Assembly: GCA_043723545.1 (NCBI GenBank)
Contig: JAYSNU010000072.1
Coordinates: forward strand, 1-31,098
Source: Candidatus Nomurabacteria bacterium
GTDB lineage: Bacteria > Patescibacteriota > Minisyncoccia > Phycocordibacterales > UBA9973
Length of the DNA: 31,098 bases
Reading direction: 5' to 3'
Shown here one piece after another: positions 8,998 to 18,300 of this stretch (its first letter is position 1; every line of letters begins with the position of its first letter). The position numbers and the translations under genes are program-made. Below the pieces are notes generated by a model. It did not search any database. It saw only the letters and a program-made list of their open reading frames with translations, and had not been told where the DNA came from.

Positions 8998-9042
8998 TGG
9001 TTTTTGCGGATTTCCTTACATCTAGAAAAAATCCGCTATCTA

Positions 9043-9078
9043 CCCCGACAGCCTCGCTGTTTCGGGGTTTTGTGTTTT
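9043..9078 (+). terminator. Intrinsic terminator
   Basis: CCCCGA/TCGGGG stem with inner ACAGC/GCTGT, followed by T-rich tract. Confidence 0.7.
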
Positions 9079-9108
9079 TAATTTTATTTTTAATATATAA
9101 TAAATATT

Positions 9109-9427
9109 GAGAGATGTTCCTTCTGTTCAACCATTAACTAAGATGGGAATTCGGGTATTGATTACCATTCTTCACTTACCTAAAATACGAGGAAGAGACG
9201 ATGCGAATCAGGCCGTCCAAGCCTGAGCGATTCAATACTCACAAGAGACGCAAGTTGCTTCGGTTCTTGCGGCTCTCCATGCCCCGTTCACCCAAGTTTC
9301 GGTTCTGCTTTCGGGGGGTGACCTCATCTTGGTAGTCCTTGCCTTGGGCTACTTGTTTTGGTTTAGCAGATTGATTGCCGAAAAATCTGCAGGCGTCCTT
9401 GATTTTTCTTGGGCGCCTTTGTTGTTT
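9109..9427 (+). ncRNA. Putative structured ncRNA; 5' ~170 nt weakly 6S-like
   Basis: TATAAT 9096-9101; GAGAG 9109-9113 pairs CTCTC 9273-9277; stems 9153-9161/9232-9240, 9208-9213/9221-9226, 9332-9338/9346-9352, 9366-9372/9384-9390; terminator 9391-9427; no convincing ORF. Confidence 0.4.
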
Positions 9428-9455
9428 AATTTTAATTTTATATTTATTAGAAACG

Positions 9456-9679
9456 AAAAAACCGAGCTTACTTCGTGTGACACAAAGTAAATACTCGGCT
9501 TCTAGATGGCCTCGTTTTTTTAAGAGCGAGACGGATGATGAGGGGGCCTCCGCCGCCTCCGTAGTTCCCGTGACCAGAGCGTCATTTGGGCTTTCGGAGA
9601 CGGGGAGTATTACACCCACAAGGCTGCCAAGAAGACTGCTGCATCAGGGATTCCGGGCCCCGACACACTTCAATGGCAA
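9456..9679 (-). ncRNA. Putative structured ncRNA (~225 nt), family unknown
   Basis: Consensus promoter upstream; ~120-nt imperfect rod 9543-9661 closed by GGGGCC/GGCCCC; terminator 9456-9498; no convincing ORF. Confidence 0.45.
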
Positions 9680-9684
9680 GAACC

Positions 9685-9714
9685 ATTATACACTAGGTAT
9701 AGTATATATGTCAA
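9685..9714 (-). promoter_or_regulatory. Consensus sigma70 promoter
   Basis: Minus strand TTGACA-18 bp-TATAAT, both hexamers perfect. Confidence 0.75.
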
Positions 9715-9735
9715 GCCTTTTAAATAGGGGTTATT

Positions 9736-10782
9736 TTAGTCTTCTATTTTAGGTTTTTCTATTTCAAGAAGAGAGAGTTCGGGAGAAGTTCCAGCTATAC
9801 GCAAAACATCCTTATCTATTTTCTTTAATTCTTTATTTGAAGCATTGTAGTGATTTACTACAGTTCCGAGCGCATTGCCGAGTTTGTTGTGATATTCATC
9901 ATAAGATTTTAAATGTTTACCCAAGTCTTCAACTTTTTTAATTATTTCTTTTGCGGATTCTTCTATTTGGAGAGCCTTGAGACCTTGTAAGACAGTTTGC
10001 AAGTATGCCAGAAATGAAGTTGGTGAAGTTATTATAACTTTATATTTTCCAGCTGCACGTTGAATGAGATTTTCATTATCTTCATTTGCACCTACTTTAT
10101 TTGTAATTAAATCGTAATAAATAGCTTCATGAGGAATGAACATGAAAGCAAAATCAGTGGTACCTTTTGTGGGTTGTATATATTTTGAAGTTTCAGTGAT
10201 TCTATTTTTTAAATCTCCGACGAAGATACCTTCCAGTCTCTTTTTCTCTGTAGAGTCTTTTTCTTCCACCATTTTATTATAATTTTCTAAGGAGAATTTA
10301 GAATCTATGGGTATTATTTTATCTTTAACGAATACGACAGCATCTACAATGGTGCCATCTGGGAAAGGGTATTGCATTTGATAACTACCTGGTGGTAAAA
10401 CATTTTTTAAAACTGTTTCTAAATAGTATTCACCCAAAATTCCTCTTTGTTTGGGATTTTTCAAAATGTTCTCTAAGCTTTGAAGTTGATCAGCGAAAGA
10501 GATAACTTGTTTATTTGTTTCATCAAGTCTGGTAAGTCTCTCTGTCACGTCTCTTATTATTTTATTTGATTCTGAAGAATGAAATTGTAAGCTCTCACGA
10601 ACTTGTTTATGGCTTTCTCCAAGTTTATTATCTACTGTGCGAGATAGTTCATTTAATTGAGTTAGAATAAGGTTTAATCCTGTGCCATCTTGTGTGTTAT
10701 TTTCTTTCTTTTTACCAAAAATAAAATAAGTGATGATGCCACCGACAAGTACTGCTATGATGATCGTCAAAATATTATCCAT
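9736..10782 (-). CDS. rmuC: DNA recombination protein RmuC
   Basis: N-terminal TM, coiled coil, KQRGILGEYYLE, PIDSKFSL, TDFAFMFIPHEAIY. Confidence 0.92.
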   Translation of the reverse strand: MDNILTIIIAVLVGGIITYFIFGKKKENNTQDGTGLNLILTQLNELSRTVDNKLGESHKQVRESLQFHSSESNKIIRDVTERLTRLDETNKQVISFADQLQSLENILKNPKQRGILGEYYLETVLKNVLPPGSYQMQYPFPDGTIVDAVVFVKDKIIPIDSKFSLENYNKMVEEKDSTEKKRLEGIFVGDLKNRITETSKYIQPTKGTTDFAFMFIPHEAIYYDLITNKVGANEDNENLIQRAAGKYKVIITSPTSFLAYLQTVLQGLKALQIEESAKEIIKKVEDLGKHLKSYDEYHNKLGNALGTVVNHYNASNKELKKIDKDVLRIAGTSPELSLLEIEKPKIED

Positions 10783-10783
10783 A

Positions 10784-11497
10784 TTATTTATTCAAATAAT
10801 GTCTAAGAGTATAAATCCAATCCTCGTCTATTTGATCACTGGCTTCTTTTTGAGCAAGTAGCCATTCGAGATAACCTCTATCCATAGCAGCTACTTTTTC
10901 TATCTTTTTGCCTAAATGTTTACCGAAGTTGAAAGTTTTTAGTATCGAAGGATGAGAAGAAATCTCTATCATTTGTTCTATTGCGCTATTGTCTTCAACG
11001 CCACTTTCATCTATTATTTTCTTTTTTAATCTTTCAAATAGTTGTTCGAGTACAAGTACATCACCTAATGCATCATGAGCAGTAGCGTCTATTTCTATAT
11101 CTAGAAGATAGCGAAGATATTGAAGATTGTATCTATCTATTTTGCCATCTTTGTCTAAATGCCTTGCGACTCGAAGAGTGCAAATAAATTTATTTGGCAC
11201 GATATCTTCTTTTTTGATAATCATCAAATCAAATGGTGCATTGTGAGCTACAACGACAGTATTCTTATCTTCGAAAAGTTTTTTTATTTTAGGAGCATCA
11301 GTTTCGGCGAAAGATTTTTTATCTTCTACCATTTTATTTGAGATATGATGAACAGCTGAAGCTTCAGGGGGGATTTTTACTGGAGGTTTATACATAGCAG
11401 AGAATTCTTCTTTTCCATTTTTATAAGCTATTTGGCATAAAAAGTCCTTTTCTGTGTTTCCAGTTGTTTCTGTATCAAAAAATATGATTTTATTCAT
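10784..11497 (-). CDS. DEDDh 3'-5' exonuclease (DnaQ/ExoX-like) with C-terminal FGKH module
   Basis: FFDTETTG, VAHNAPFD, AHDALGDV; C-terminal FNFGKHLGK...YLEWL. Confidence 0.88.
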   Translation of the reverse strand: MNKIIFFDTETTGNTEKDFLCQIAYKNGKEEFSAMYKPPVKIPPEASAVHHISNKMVEDKKSFAETDAPKIKKLFEDKNTVVVAHNAPFDLMIIKKEDIVPNKFICTLRVARHLDKDGKIDRYNLQYLRYLLDIEIDATAHDALGDVLVLEQLFERLKKKIIDESGVEDNSAIEQMIEISSHPSILKTFNFGKHLGKKIEKVAAMDRGYLEWLLAQKEASDQIDEDWIYTLRHYLNK

Positions 11498-11607
11498 AGT
11501 GCTATTTTACCATATTTTTGGTATAATTTAAAAAGGAAATGTATTTTTAGAAAGTCTTGCGCAGGAGCTTAGAAAATAAAAATGGTAATCCATTTATTAT
11601 TTTCTTG

Positions 11608-11641
11608 AGCGACGAGCAGTTCGCTGGGTAAGCTTGCCCAG
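11608..11641. repeat. Small GC-rich intergenic palindromes (REP-like, single copy in window)
   Basis: AGCGA/TCGCT 11608-11625 and near-perfect palindrome CTGGGTAAGCTTGCCCAG 11624-11641. Confidence 0.4.
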
Positions 11642-11685
11642 ATAGATTGCTTTATAAAAACAGCGTTTCCTTTATAATTACTGAA

Positions 11686-12135
11686 ATGTTACATGAACAA
11701 TTAAAAAATAGTATTAAAGAAGCAATGCTAGCGAAAGATAAGGTTCGTCTAGAAACTATGCGTGGAATTGTGGCTGCTTGTATGAATACATTAGTTGCGA
11801 AGAGTAAAAAGCCCACTGATATGCTCACAGATGAAGAAGTGCTAGAAGTTATTACTCGTCTTTCAAAACAGCGTAAAGACTCAATTGAACAGTTTAAGAA
11901 GGGCAATAGGGATGATTTAGTCAAAGAAGAAGAAGCTCAACTTGCAATTCTCGAGACTTATTTACCCAAGATGATGGATAAGGGGGATGTAGAGAAATTG
12001 GCACAAAATAAAAAACTTGAACTCGGTATCACAGATGTTGCAAAAAAGGGTATGCTTATGGCCGCGCTAATGAAGGATTTAAAGGGAAAGGCAGATGGCA
12101 TGATTGTGAAAGAAGTTGTAGATGCTTTATTTTAA
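11686..12135 (+). CDS. yqeY: GatB/YqeY domain protein
   Basis: LKNSIKEAMLAKDKVRL...KQRKDSIEQFKKGNRDDLV..E..ILETYLP; TATAAT 11673-11678 favours ATG 11686. Confidence 0.9.
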   Translation: MLHEQLKNSIKEAMLAKDKVRLETMRGIVAACMNTLVAKSKKPTDMLTDEEVLEVITRLSKQRKDSIEQFKKGNRDDLVKEEEAQLAILETYLPKMMDKGDVEKLAQNKKLELGITDVAKKGMLMAALMKDLKGKADGMIVKEVVDALF

Positions 12136-12141
12136 TTCTCT

Positions 12142-12744
12142 ATGCATACAGTCAAACTTTTAATTCATTTAGTTGAGAATCATCAGTTGTTGGTTTACGC
12201 TATTATATTCTTTGGTTTAATTGTTGAAGGGGAAGTTCTGGTCTTATCTACAGGTGTTTTGATACATCTTGGAGCATTGCCAGTGTTACCGTCTTTTTTG
12301 ATTGTCTTAGGTGGAGGATTTGCTAAAGCTTTCTTAGGATATTATTTGGGAACTATAATTCGTGATAAATGGAGTAATGTTAATTTCTTTAAATTTTTTG
12401 AAAAAAGAGTACGCGAAACTGTTCCCAAATTTAAAGAGAAGCCCTTCTGGTCTATATTTACTTCTAAATTTATTTTTGGTGCGAACAACATTGTCATTTT
12501 ATTTTCTGGTTTTGAAAGGATAGATTTTAAAAGGTATTTGAAAGCTGAAGCTTTTGCGAATTTGGTATGGGCCCCGGGGTTACTTTTAATTGGATATTTG
12601 TTTTCCTTTACAGCATTGAATGTCAGTCGAGAAATTTCCCAATTCTCTTTAATTGTGTTACTTTTAATAATCCTATTCATAGTTATAGATAGATTGATAG
12701 GTTGGGCTTTTCAAATTTTTGAAGAATTTTATGATAACCAATAA
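12142..12744 (+). CDS. dedA: DedA/VTT family membrane protein
   Basis: EGEVLVLSTG, LGYYLG, IFTSKFIFG, multiple TM segments. Confidence 0.8.
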   Translation: MHTVKLLIHLVENHQLLVYAIIFFGLIVEGEVLVLSTGVLIHLGALPVLPSFLIVLGGGFAKAFLGYYLGTIIRDKWSNVNFFKFFEKRVRETVPKFKEKPFWSIFTSKFIFGANNIVILFSGFERIDFKRYLKAEAFANLVWAPGLLLIGYLFSFTALNVSREISQFSLIVLLLIILFIVIDRLIGWAFQIFEEFYDNQ

Positions 12745-13630
12745 GAAAAAATTAATAACACATGATGGTACTTTTCATGCAGATGATATTTTTGCCTGTG
12801 CGACGTTGGTATTAATGCTCGAAAAGGAGGGTATGGACTATGAGATAATTCGTACCAGAGACGAAGAAATAATTAAAATAGGAGATTTTGTTTTTGATGT
12901 CGGTGGTATTTGCGATGAAGATAAAAATAAGTTTGATCATCATCAAACTGGGGGGGCCGGCAAAAGAGAAAATGGTATAGATTATTCTTCTTTTGGATTG
13001 GTTTGGAAAAAGTTTGGTATAAAACTTTGTGATGATCAAAAGACAGTAGAATCAATTGATGAAAAACTGGTTGCACCTATTGATGCGTGGGACAACGGTA
13101 TTGATATATTTGAAAGTAAATCCAACGTTATGCCATATTCTATTAATCATATTTTTTTTGCTATGTTACCTACATGGCGTGAGGATAATTTAGATAAGAA
13201 TAAAATATTTTTACAATGTGTTGAAATAGCCAAAATTGTATTGGCCCGCGAAGTGATTCAAATTAATGATATGATTTTAGCTGAAGAATCTTTAACTAAA
13301 ATTTACAATGATGCGAAAGATAAAAGAATTATTGTTTTAGACAACAATTATCCTTTTGAAATTATGTTAAATAATTTTTCTGAACCAATTTTTGTTATTT
13401 ATCCAAGAAAGACTGATAATACATGGGGTGCGAAGGCGGTAAAAGAAGATTTAAAGACTTTTAAAAATAGAAAAGACTTCCCATTATTATGGGGTGGTCT
13501 CATGAATGAGGATTTACAGAAGATTACTGGTGTGCCTGACGCTATTTTTGCCCATCGTGCATTATTCATGGTTGTTGCCAAATCTCGTGAGGGAGCTATC
13601 AAATTAGCTCAAATTGCGTTAGTATCTTAA
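12731..13630 (+). CDS. MYG1/UPF0160 family (DHH-like) exonuclease
   Basis: THDGTFHADD, IRTRD, DVGG..D...FDHHQ, SSFGLVWK, FAH. Confidence 0.9.
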   Translation: MITNKKKLITHDGTFHADDIFACATLVLMLEKEGMDYEIIRTRDEEIIKIGDFVFDVGGICDEDKNKFDHHQTGGAGKRENGIDYSSFGLVWKKFGIKLCDDQKTVESIDEKLVAPIDAWDNGIDIFESKSNVMPYSINHIFFAMLPTWREDNLDKNKIFLQCVEIAKIVLAREVIQINDMILAEESLTKIYNDAKDKRIIVLDNNYPFEIMLNNFSEPIFVIYPRKTDNTWGAKAVKEDLKTFKNRKDFPLLWGGLMNEDLQKITGVPDAIFAHRALFMVVAKSREGAIKLAQIALVS

Positions 13631-13632
13631 AT

Positions 13633-14640
13633 ATGGCGTTTATAGATGAAATAAAAATATATGCAGAGGCCGGACGTGGTGGCGACGGTGTCGTACGTTG
13701 GCGTCAAGAAAAATTTGTACCCAAAGGTGGACCTGCTGGTGGTGATGGTGGCCGTGGAGGTGACTTTTTTGTAGAAGGTGTAAGAGATGTTCATATTCTT
13801 TCTAAATATAAAGCGAAGAAGTCTTTTACTGCGGAACGTGGTGAAGACGGTGGCAAGAAGAGTCTTCATGGTAAAAATGGAGAAGATTTTATCTTAAAAT
13901 TACCGCTTGGTTCCATTATTACAAATCTAGAAACGGATCAAAAATGGGAGCTTATAAATGAAGGAGAAAAAATAATGATTCTTCGTGGTGGTTATGGGGG
14001 TTTTGGTAATGAACATTTTAAAAGTTCTGTTAACACTACACCCATGGAGTCTAAAGAAGGCAAAGAAGGTGATAAGGGGGATTTTAAAATTGAACTTCAA
14101 ATTTTTGCTGATATTGGTCTAATTGGGCTTCCAAATGCCGGTAAATCGTCTCTTCTTAATGCTCTTACGAATGCAGATGCAAAGGTTGGTGATTATGAAT
14201 TTACCACTCTAGACCCTAATTTGGGTGATTTTTATGGCTATACTATCGCTGATATTCCGGGACTTATAGAGGGAGCAAATACTGGGAAAGGCTTAGGAGT
14301 TAAGTTTTTACGCCATATAAAACGTACTAAAATGCTAGCCCACCTCGTTTCATTTGAAAATTTATCAAAGAGTTCCACTGGCATGATAAAGGTTTACAAA
14401 CAGATTAGAAAAGAGTTGGAGAAATATGACAAAAATTTAGGCCTAAAAGAAGATGGCCTTGCTACCAAAGAGGAGATAATAATTTTGACTAAGACTGATG
14501 TTATAGATAATTCAAAAGTGGTTGCAAAACAAGTTGCAGATTTTAAAAAACTTGGAAATAAAGTTTTTGTTTTATCTCTGTATGACGATAAATCTGTGAA
14601 AAGTTTTCAAGATTCTCTAATCAAAATTCTTAAAAAGTAA
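13633..14640 (+). CDS. obgE: GTPase ObgE/CgtA
   Basis: AFIDE..AGRGGDG..WRQEK..P.GGP.GGDGG; GLPNAGKSS; YEFTTL; DIPGLIEGA. Confidence 0.96.
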   Translation: MAFIDEIKIYAEAGRGGDGVVRWRQEKFVPKGGPAGGDGGRGGDFFVEGVRDVHILSKYKAKKSFTAERGEDGGKKSLHGKNGEDFILKLPLGSIITNLETDQKWELINEGEKIMILRGGYGGFGNEHFKSSVNTTPMESKEGKEGDKGDFKIELQIFADIGLIGLPNAGKSSLLNALTNADAKVGDYEFTTLDPNLGDFYGYTIADIPGLIEGANTGKGLGVKFLRHIKRTKMLAHLVSFENLSKSSTGMIKVYKQIRKELEKYDKNLGLKEDGLATKEEIIILTKTDVIDNSKVVAKQVADFKKLGNKVFVLSLYDDKSVKSFQDSLIKILKK

Positions 14641-14656
14641 TTTCGATCTAATATTC

Positions 14657-14679
14657 TGCGCAAGGTTTCGCCTTGCGCA
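14657..14679 (+). repeat. REP palindrome (family A)
   Basis: TGCGCAAGG-TTTCG-CCTTGCGCA, identical to the copies flanking the RAYT gene; lies between convergent genes. Confidence 0.88.
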
Positions 14680-14734
14680 TAGATTGATTTTAAGTATTTT
14701 TCTATTGACAACAATTAAAAGTTACTTTCTGTTG

Positions 14735-14977
14735 TTAATTTGTTAAGTGTTTAACAACAATCTTTTTGAACTCTCTTTTTGTGTTTTTTCTAAGTCCTGA
14801 CCCATTTTCAATTTCTTGTATAACCTCTTCCAGATCTTCAATTTTGTAAACTCTGTAATTATTCATAGGATGACGGAAAGCTTTTAGCATTCCATTTTTG
14901 TCCCAATTTCGGAGGGTTAGAGGGGAGACCCCCAAGATATTTGATGCTTCCTTTATTGTAATATATTTTTGGGGCAT
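14735..14977 (-). CDS. Small MerR-type/excisionase-like HTH DNA-binding protein
   Basis: YITIKEASNILGVSPLTLRNWDKNG.L...RHPMNNYRVY; lacks the long MerR dimerisation/effector domain. Confidence 0.88.
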   Translation of the reverse strand: MPQKYITIKEASNILGVSPLTLRNWDKNGMLKAFRHPMNNYRVYKIEDLEEVIQEIENGSGLRKNTKREFKKIVVKHLTN

Positions 14978-14978
14978 A

Positions 14979-15039
14979 TTTTTTACATTCATAAACCTTA
15001 ATAGAGGTATATTTTTTTACATTCATAAACCTTAATAGA
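14979..15039 (+). repeat. 27-bp perfect direct repeat, two copies
   Basis: TTTTTTACATTCATAAACCTTAATAGA at 14979-15005 and 15013-15039. Confidence 0.9.
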
Positions 15040-15262
15040 CATTTATAATCATATATGATTATAAAAACCTTTGCAATATTTTCTTGTTAATAAAATGTGT
15101 ATATATTATTTTTTAAAATAGCATGATTTTATGTTTTGAGATAGGTATTTTTTTATGGTAATAAAGAAGAATTAGTTTTTTATAAAACTAGCCATAAGGG
15201 GTTCTATTTTGAGATAATTTTTTTATAGTTTTTTGTTTAATTTTTCATATAGTTTTTGTTTC

Positions 15263-15299
15263 CCGAGATTCTCCGAGATTCTCCGAGATTCTCCGAGAT
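15263..15299 (+). repeat. 10-bp tandem repeat array (CCGAGATTCT x3.7), possible operator
   Basis: CCGAGATTCT three times plus CCGAGAT, in the intergenic region between divergent HTH-bearing genes. Confidence 0.85.
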
Positions 15300-15372
15300 G
15301 TTTTTTGTTTTCAACATATTTTGAACATATTCTCATTGTTTTTATAAAGGGTTGAAATGTATAATTATCTTA

Positions 15373-18300
15373 ATGAGTTCGGACCTATTTAAAGATAATA
15401 AGAAATATATCTCAGCCAAGGAAGCCAGCTCTTTGACTGGCTATTCCAGAGACTACATAGGTCAACTTGCAAGAGGTAATAAAATTGATTCAAAAAAAAT
15501 TCGAGGTGTTTGGTATGTGGAAGAAAAATCAATTCTTCAGTATAACGATTTTTCAATTGAGTTGGGGACACCTATTGTGCATGAACCAGTTTTAAAGAAA
15601 AATGCACTTGTTTCAGAAAATTTAGATAAAAAAATCTTAGAATCAAAATTTACCTCAGTTATTTTACCTAAACCATTTGTACCCACACTAATTCATTTAC
15701 CTCCCAAAACTCTTTGGCCAGAAATAAAAAAAACTTCTCTAAAGAAAAACATATCTTTATCTCAAAAATTATTATTAACTACTTTTGGGTTTTTAGTTTC
15801 TGTGGGAGTATTTTCTTTAATTGATATTAGCTCTTCTCTTAAACAGCTTGATGGGCCTAATTTGACCGCGAATGTTCTTAATGAAAATCCTTCTTATTTT
15901 GGGAAACTATCTGGCAATGTTATTGATGCTTTTTCTGATCTTTTGTTTCATTATTTTTATGGACCAGAAGTTGATTATACAAATGTGGCTGTAATCAAAC
16001 ATTCAACTAAACCTATTCCCACACCTGAGGTTGCAACAGTGATTACACCAGAACTAATAACAAAAACAAAAATAGAATATCCTAAAACTATAATTATTCG
16101 TGGACCCGCAGGACCCAAGGGATCTACAGGATCACGTGGATTAACTGGGCTACAAGGACTTAAGGGTGATGCTGGTATTCAAACATTTAATTCTACGAGT
16201 TCTTCACAACCTGCTTATATTCCAGTTTATTCTGCACCTATTGGAATTATTCAATCCAATCCTGCAACCAATTATTCTGGTGGCAGTTTGTTTTCGGCGA
16301 CAGATTTGTCTTCTCGTAATTTCAATACCACTAATGCAAATATTGGTTCTTTAAATGTTTCGGGAGATTCTATATTACAGGGAAATTTAACAACCATGGC
16401 GGGAATATCTTCTTCTGGAACGATTAATTTCTCTGGATTAACTGCCTCAAGAGGAGTTTTTACTGATGGTTCAAAAAATTTAACTTCGACTGGAATCCTC
16501 GGCGCTGATCAAGGCGGCACCGGTATTGCCAACAATGTCGCTTCAACTTTTACAATTTCCGGAAACTTCGGAACAACTTTTACAATCAGTGGTTCAACCG
16601 CTGTAACTCTTCCAACTTCTGGAACACTTTATGGCACGGCTACTGGCTCTATCACATCTCTGCAACTTGCAACATCACTATCTGATGAAACGGGAAGTGG
16701 TTTAGCAGTTTTCGGAACAAGTCCAACAATTTCCGGTCTAACATTAAGTGGCTTTACTCCTGGTTCAATGCTTTTTACCGGAACATCTGGTGTTGTAATT
16801 CAAGATAATGCAAATTTATTTTTTGATGATACAAATAATAGATTGGGAATCGGCACAACAACACCGCTTGCAGTATTTGATTTAAGACAAGGTGTAAATG
16901 GCGAAACTATGTTTTCTGGTCGAAGATTTACTGATGTTGCCCCATCTGGAGATTTCATTACCTACAACAATGCTGCCAATGACACTGCACTCTTTCGGGT
17001 AGATAATTCTGGAAATCTTTTTGCAGGAGGAATTTTAAATTCAGGAAGTCAAACTATCACTTCCACCTCCACTCCGCAATTTCGAGTGCAATATAATGCA
17101 TTAAATGAAAGTTCTCTTTCAGTATCTTCAGCTGGAGTTGCAACTTATGGTTTTAATGGCACCACACCTCGAGCTATCTGGACTCCACAATCAAACCTTA
17201 CAAATACTTTTACTTTTACTGATTCATCATCAAATCCAATTTTGAATATTGATACAACGAATCAAAGAGTCGGAATTGGGACTGCCACATCAAACACTTT
17301 CAAACTCGAAGTCGCAGGCAACATCGGACCAGAAGCAGATAACACTAGAGACCTAGGTGCAGTCGCGAAAAGATGGGCGAACTTATACGCGACTAATATA
17401 ACCGGTGCAATCACTCCAACCGGATTCACTCAAGGTTCAGTTGCCTTCGCTGGAGCTTCTGGTATGCTCTCTCAAGACAATGCGAATTTTTTTATTGATG
17501 ATACGAACAATACATTAGGTATCGGTAGTACACGTACAGGAGTTATCTCAGCAACTAATGCTCGTCTGTTGCTAAAAGGTAGTGGTGTAACTTCCGCTAC
17601 TTCTTCTTTTGATGTTCAAGATTCTACTGGCGCTTCGAATTTCTTTGTACGTGATGATGGCAACGTCGGCATCGGGACGACTGCACCAGCACAAAAATTG
17701 GATGTCGTGGGGAATATTCAATTTAATACAAATGGAGGGCAAGCTATACTTGTTTCAAATTATAAAGGAGCTAATTCTGATGGGAATAACTTATTTATTG
17801 GTGGAGGTGGGCAGAGTAGTATTGGAGAAGTTGGAGCTACTTATAAAGGCTCTTCCAACACCGCTAATGGATATGGTTCTCTCTTATCCAACACCACAGG
17901 ATATCAAAACACCGCTAATGGGGTTTATTCTCTCTACTCCAACACCACAGGGCTTAGCAACACCGCTAATGGATATGGTTCTCTCTACTCCAACACCACA
18001 GGAAATCAAAACACCGCTAATGGTTTTCTTTCTCTCGCCTCCAACACCACTGGCTCTTCCAACACCGCTAATGGATTTTATTCTCTCTACAACAACACCA
18101 CAGGATATCAAAACACCGCTAATGGATATGGTTCTCTCACCTTCAACACCACAGGGCTTAGCAACACCGCTAATGGATATTATTCTCTCTTATCCAACAC
18201 CACAGGAAATAACAACACCGCTAATGGGGTTTATTCTCTCTACTCCAACACCACAGGAGTTAACAACACCGCTAATGGATATGGTTCTCTCTATGACTTC

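Noticed and set aside
9107-9490. 128-codon frame interrupted by a single TGA (9224), hinting at recoding or code 25
   Set aside because: All long genes read without in-frame TGA; the frame runs through a terminator and an AT-rich spacer.
9109-9679. tmRNA, RNase P or SRP RNA assignment (tag-like ANQAVQA*, AAAACCGAGCTTA, GGGGGC...GGGCCCC)
   Set aside because: No tRNA-like ends or CCA, no GAGGAAAGTCC CR-I, no SRP domain IV motif; the resemblances are partial.
9239-9752. Overlapping 126-aa (-) and 125-aa (+) ORFs
   Set aside because: They cross convergent terminators and the AT-rich spacer and have no recognisable motifs; likely spurious.
11556-11566. CTTGCGCAGG resembling half of REP family A
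   Set aside because: Too short and no partner arm.
14435-14446. 12-bp palindrome TTTAGGCCTAAA within obgE
   Set aside because: Short, AT-rich and single; compatible with chance without homologue alignment.
17857-18294. Regularly spaced repeats resembling a CRISPR array
   Set aside because: Units are in-frame 51-nt coding repeats with homologous spacer-like parts, and there are no cas genes.
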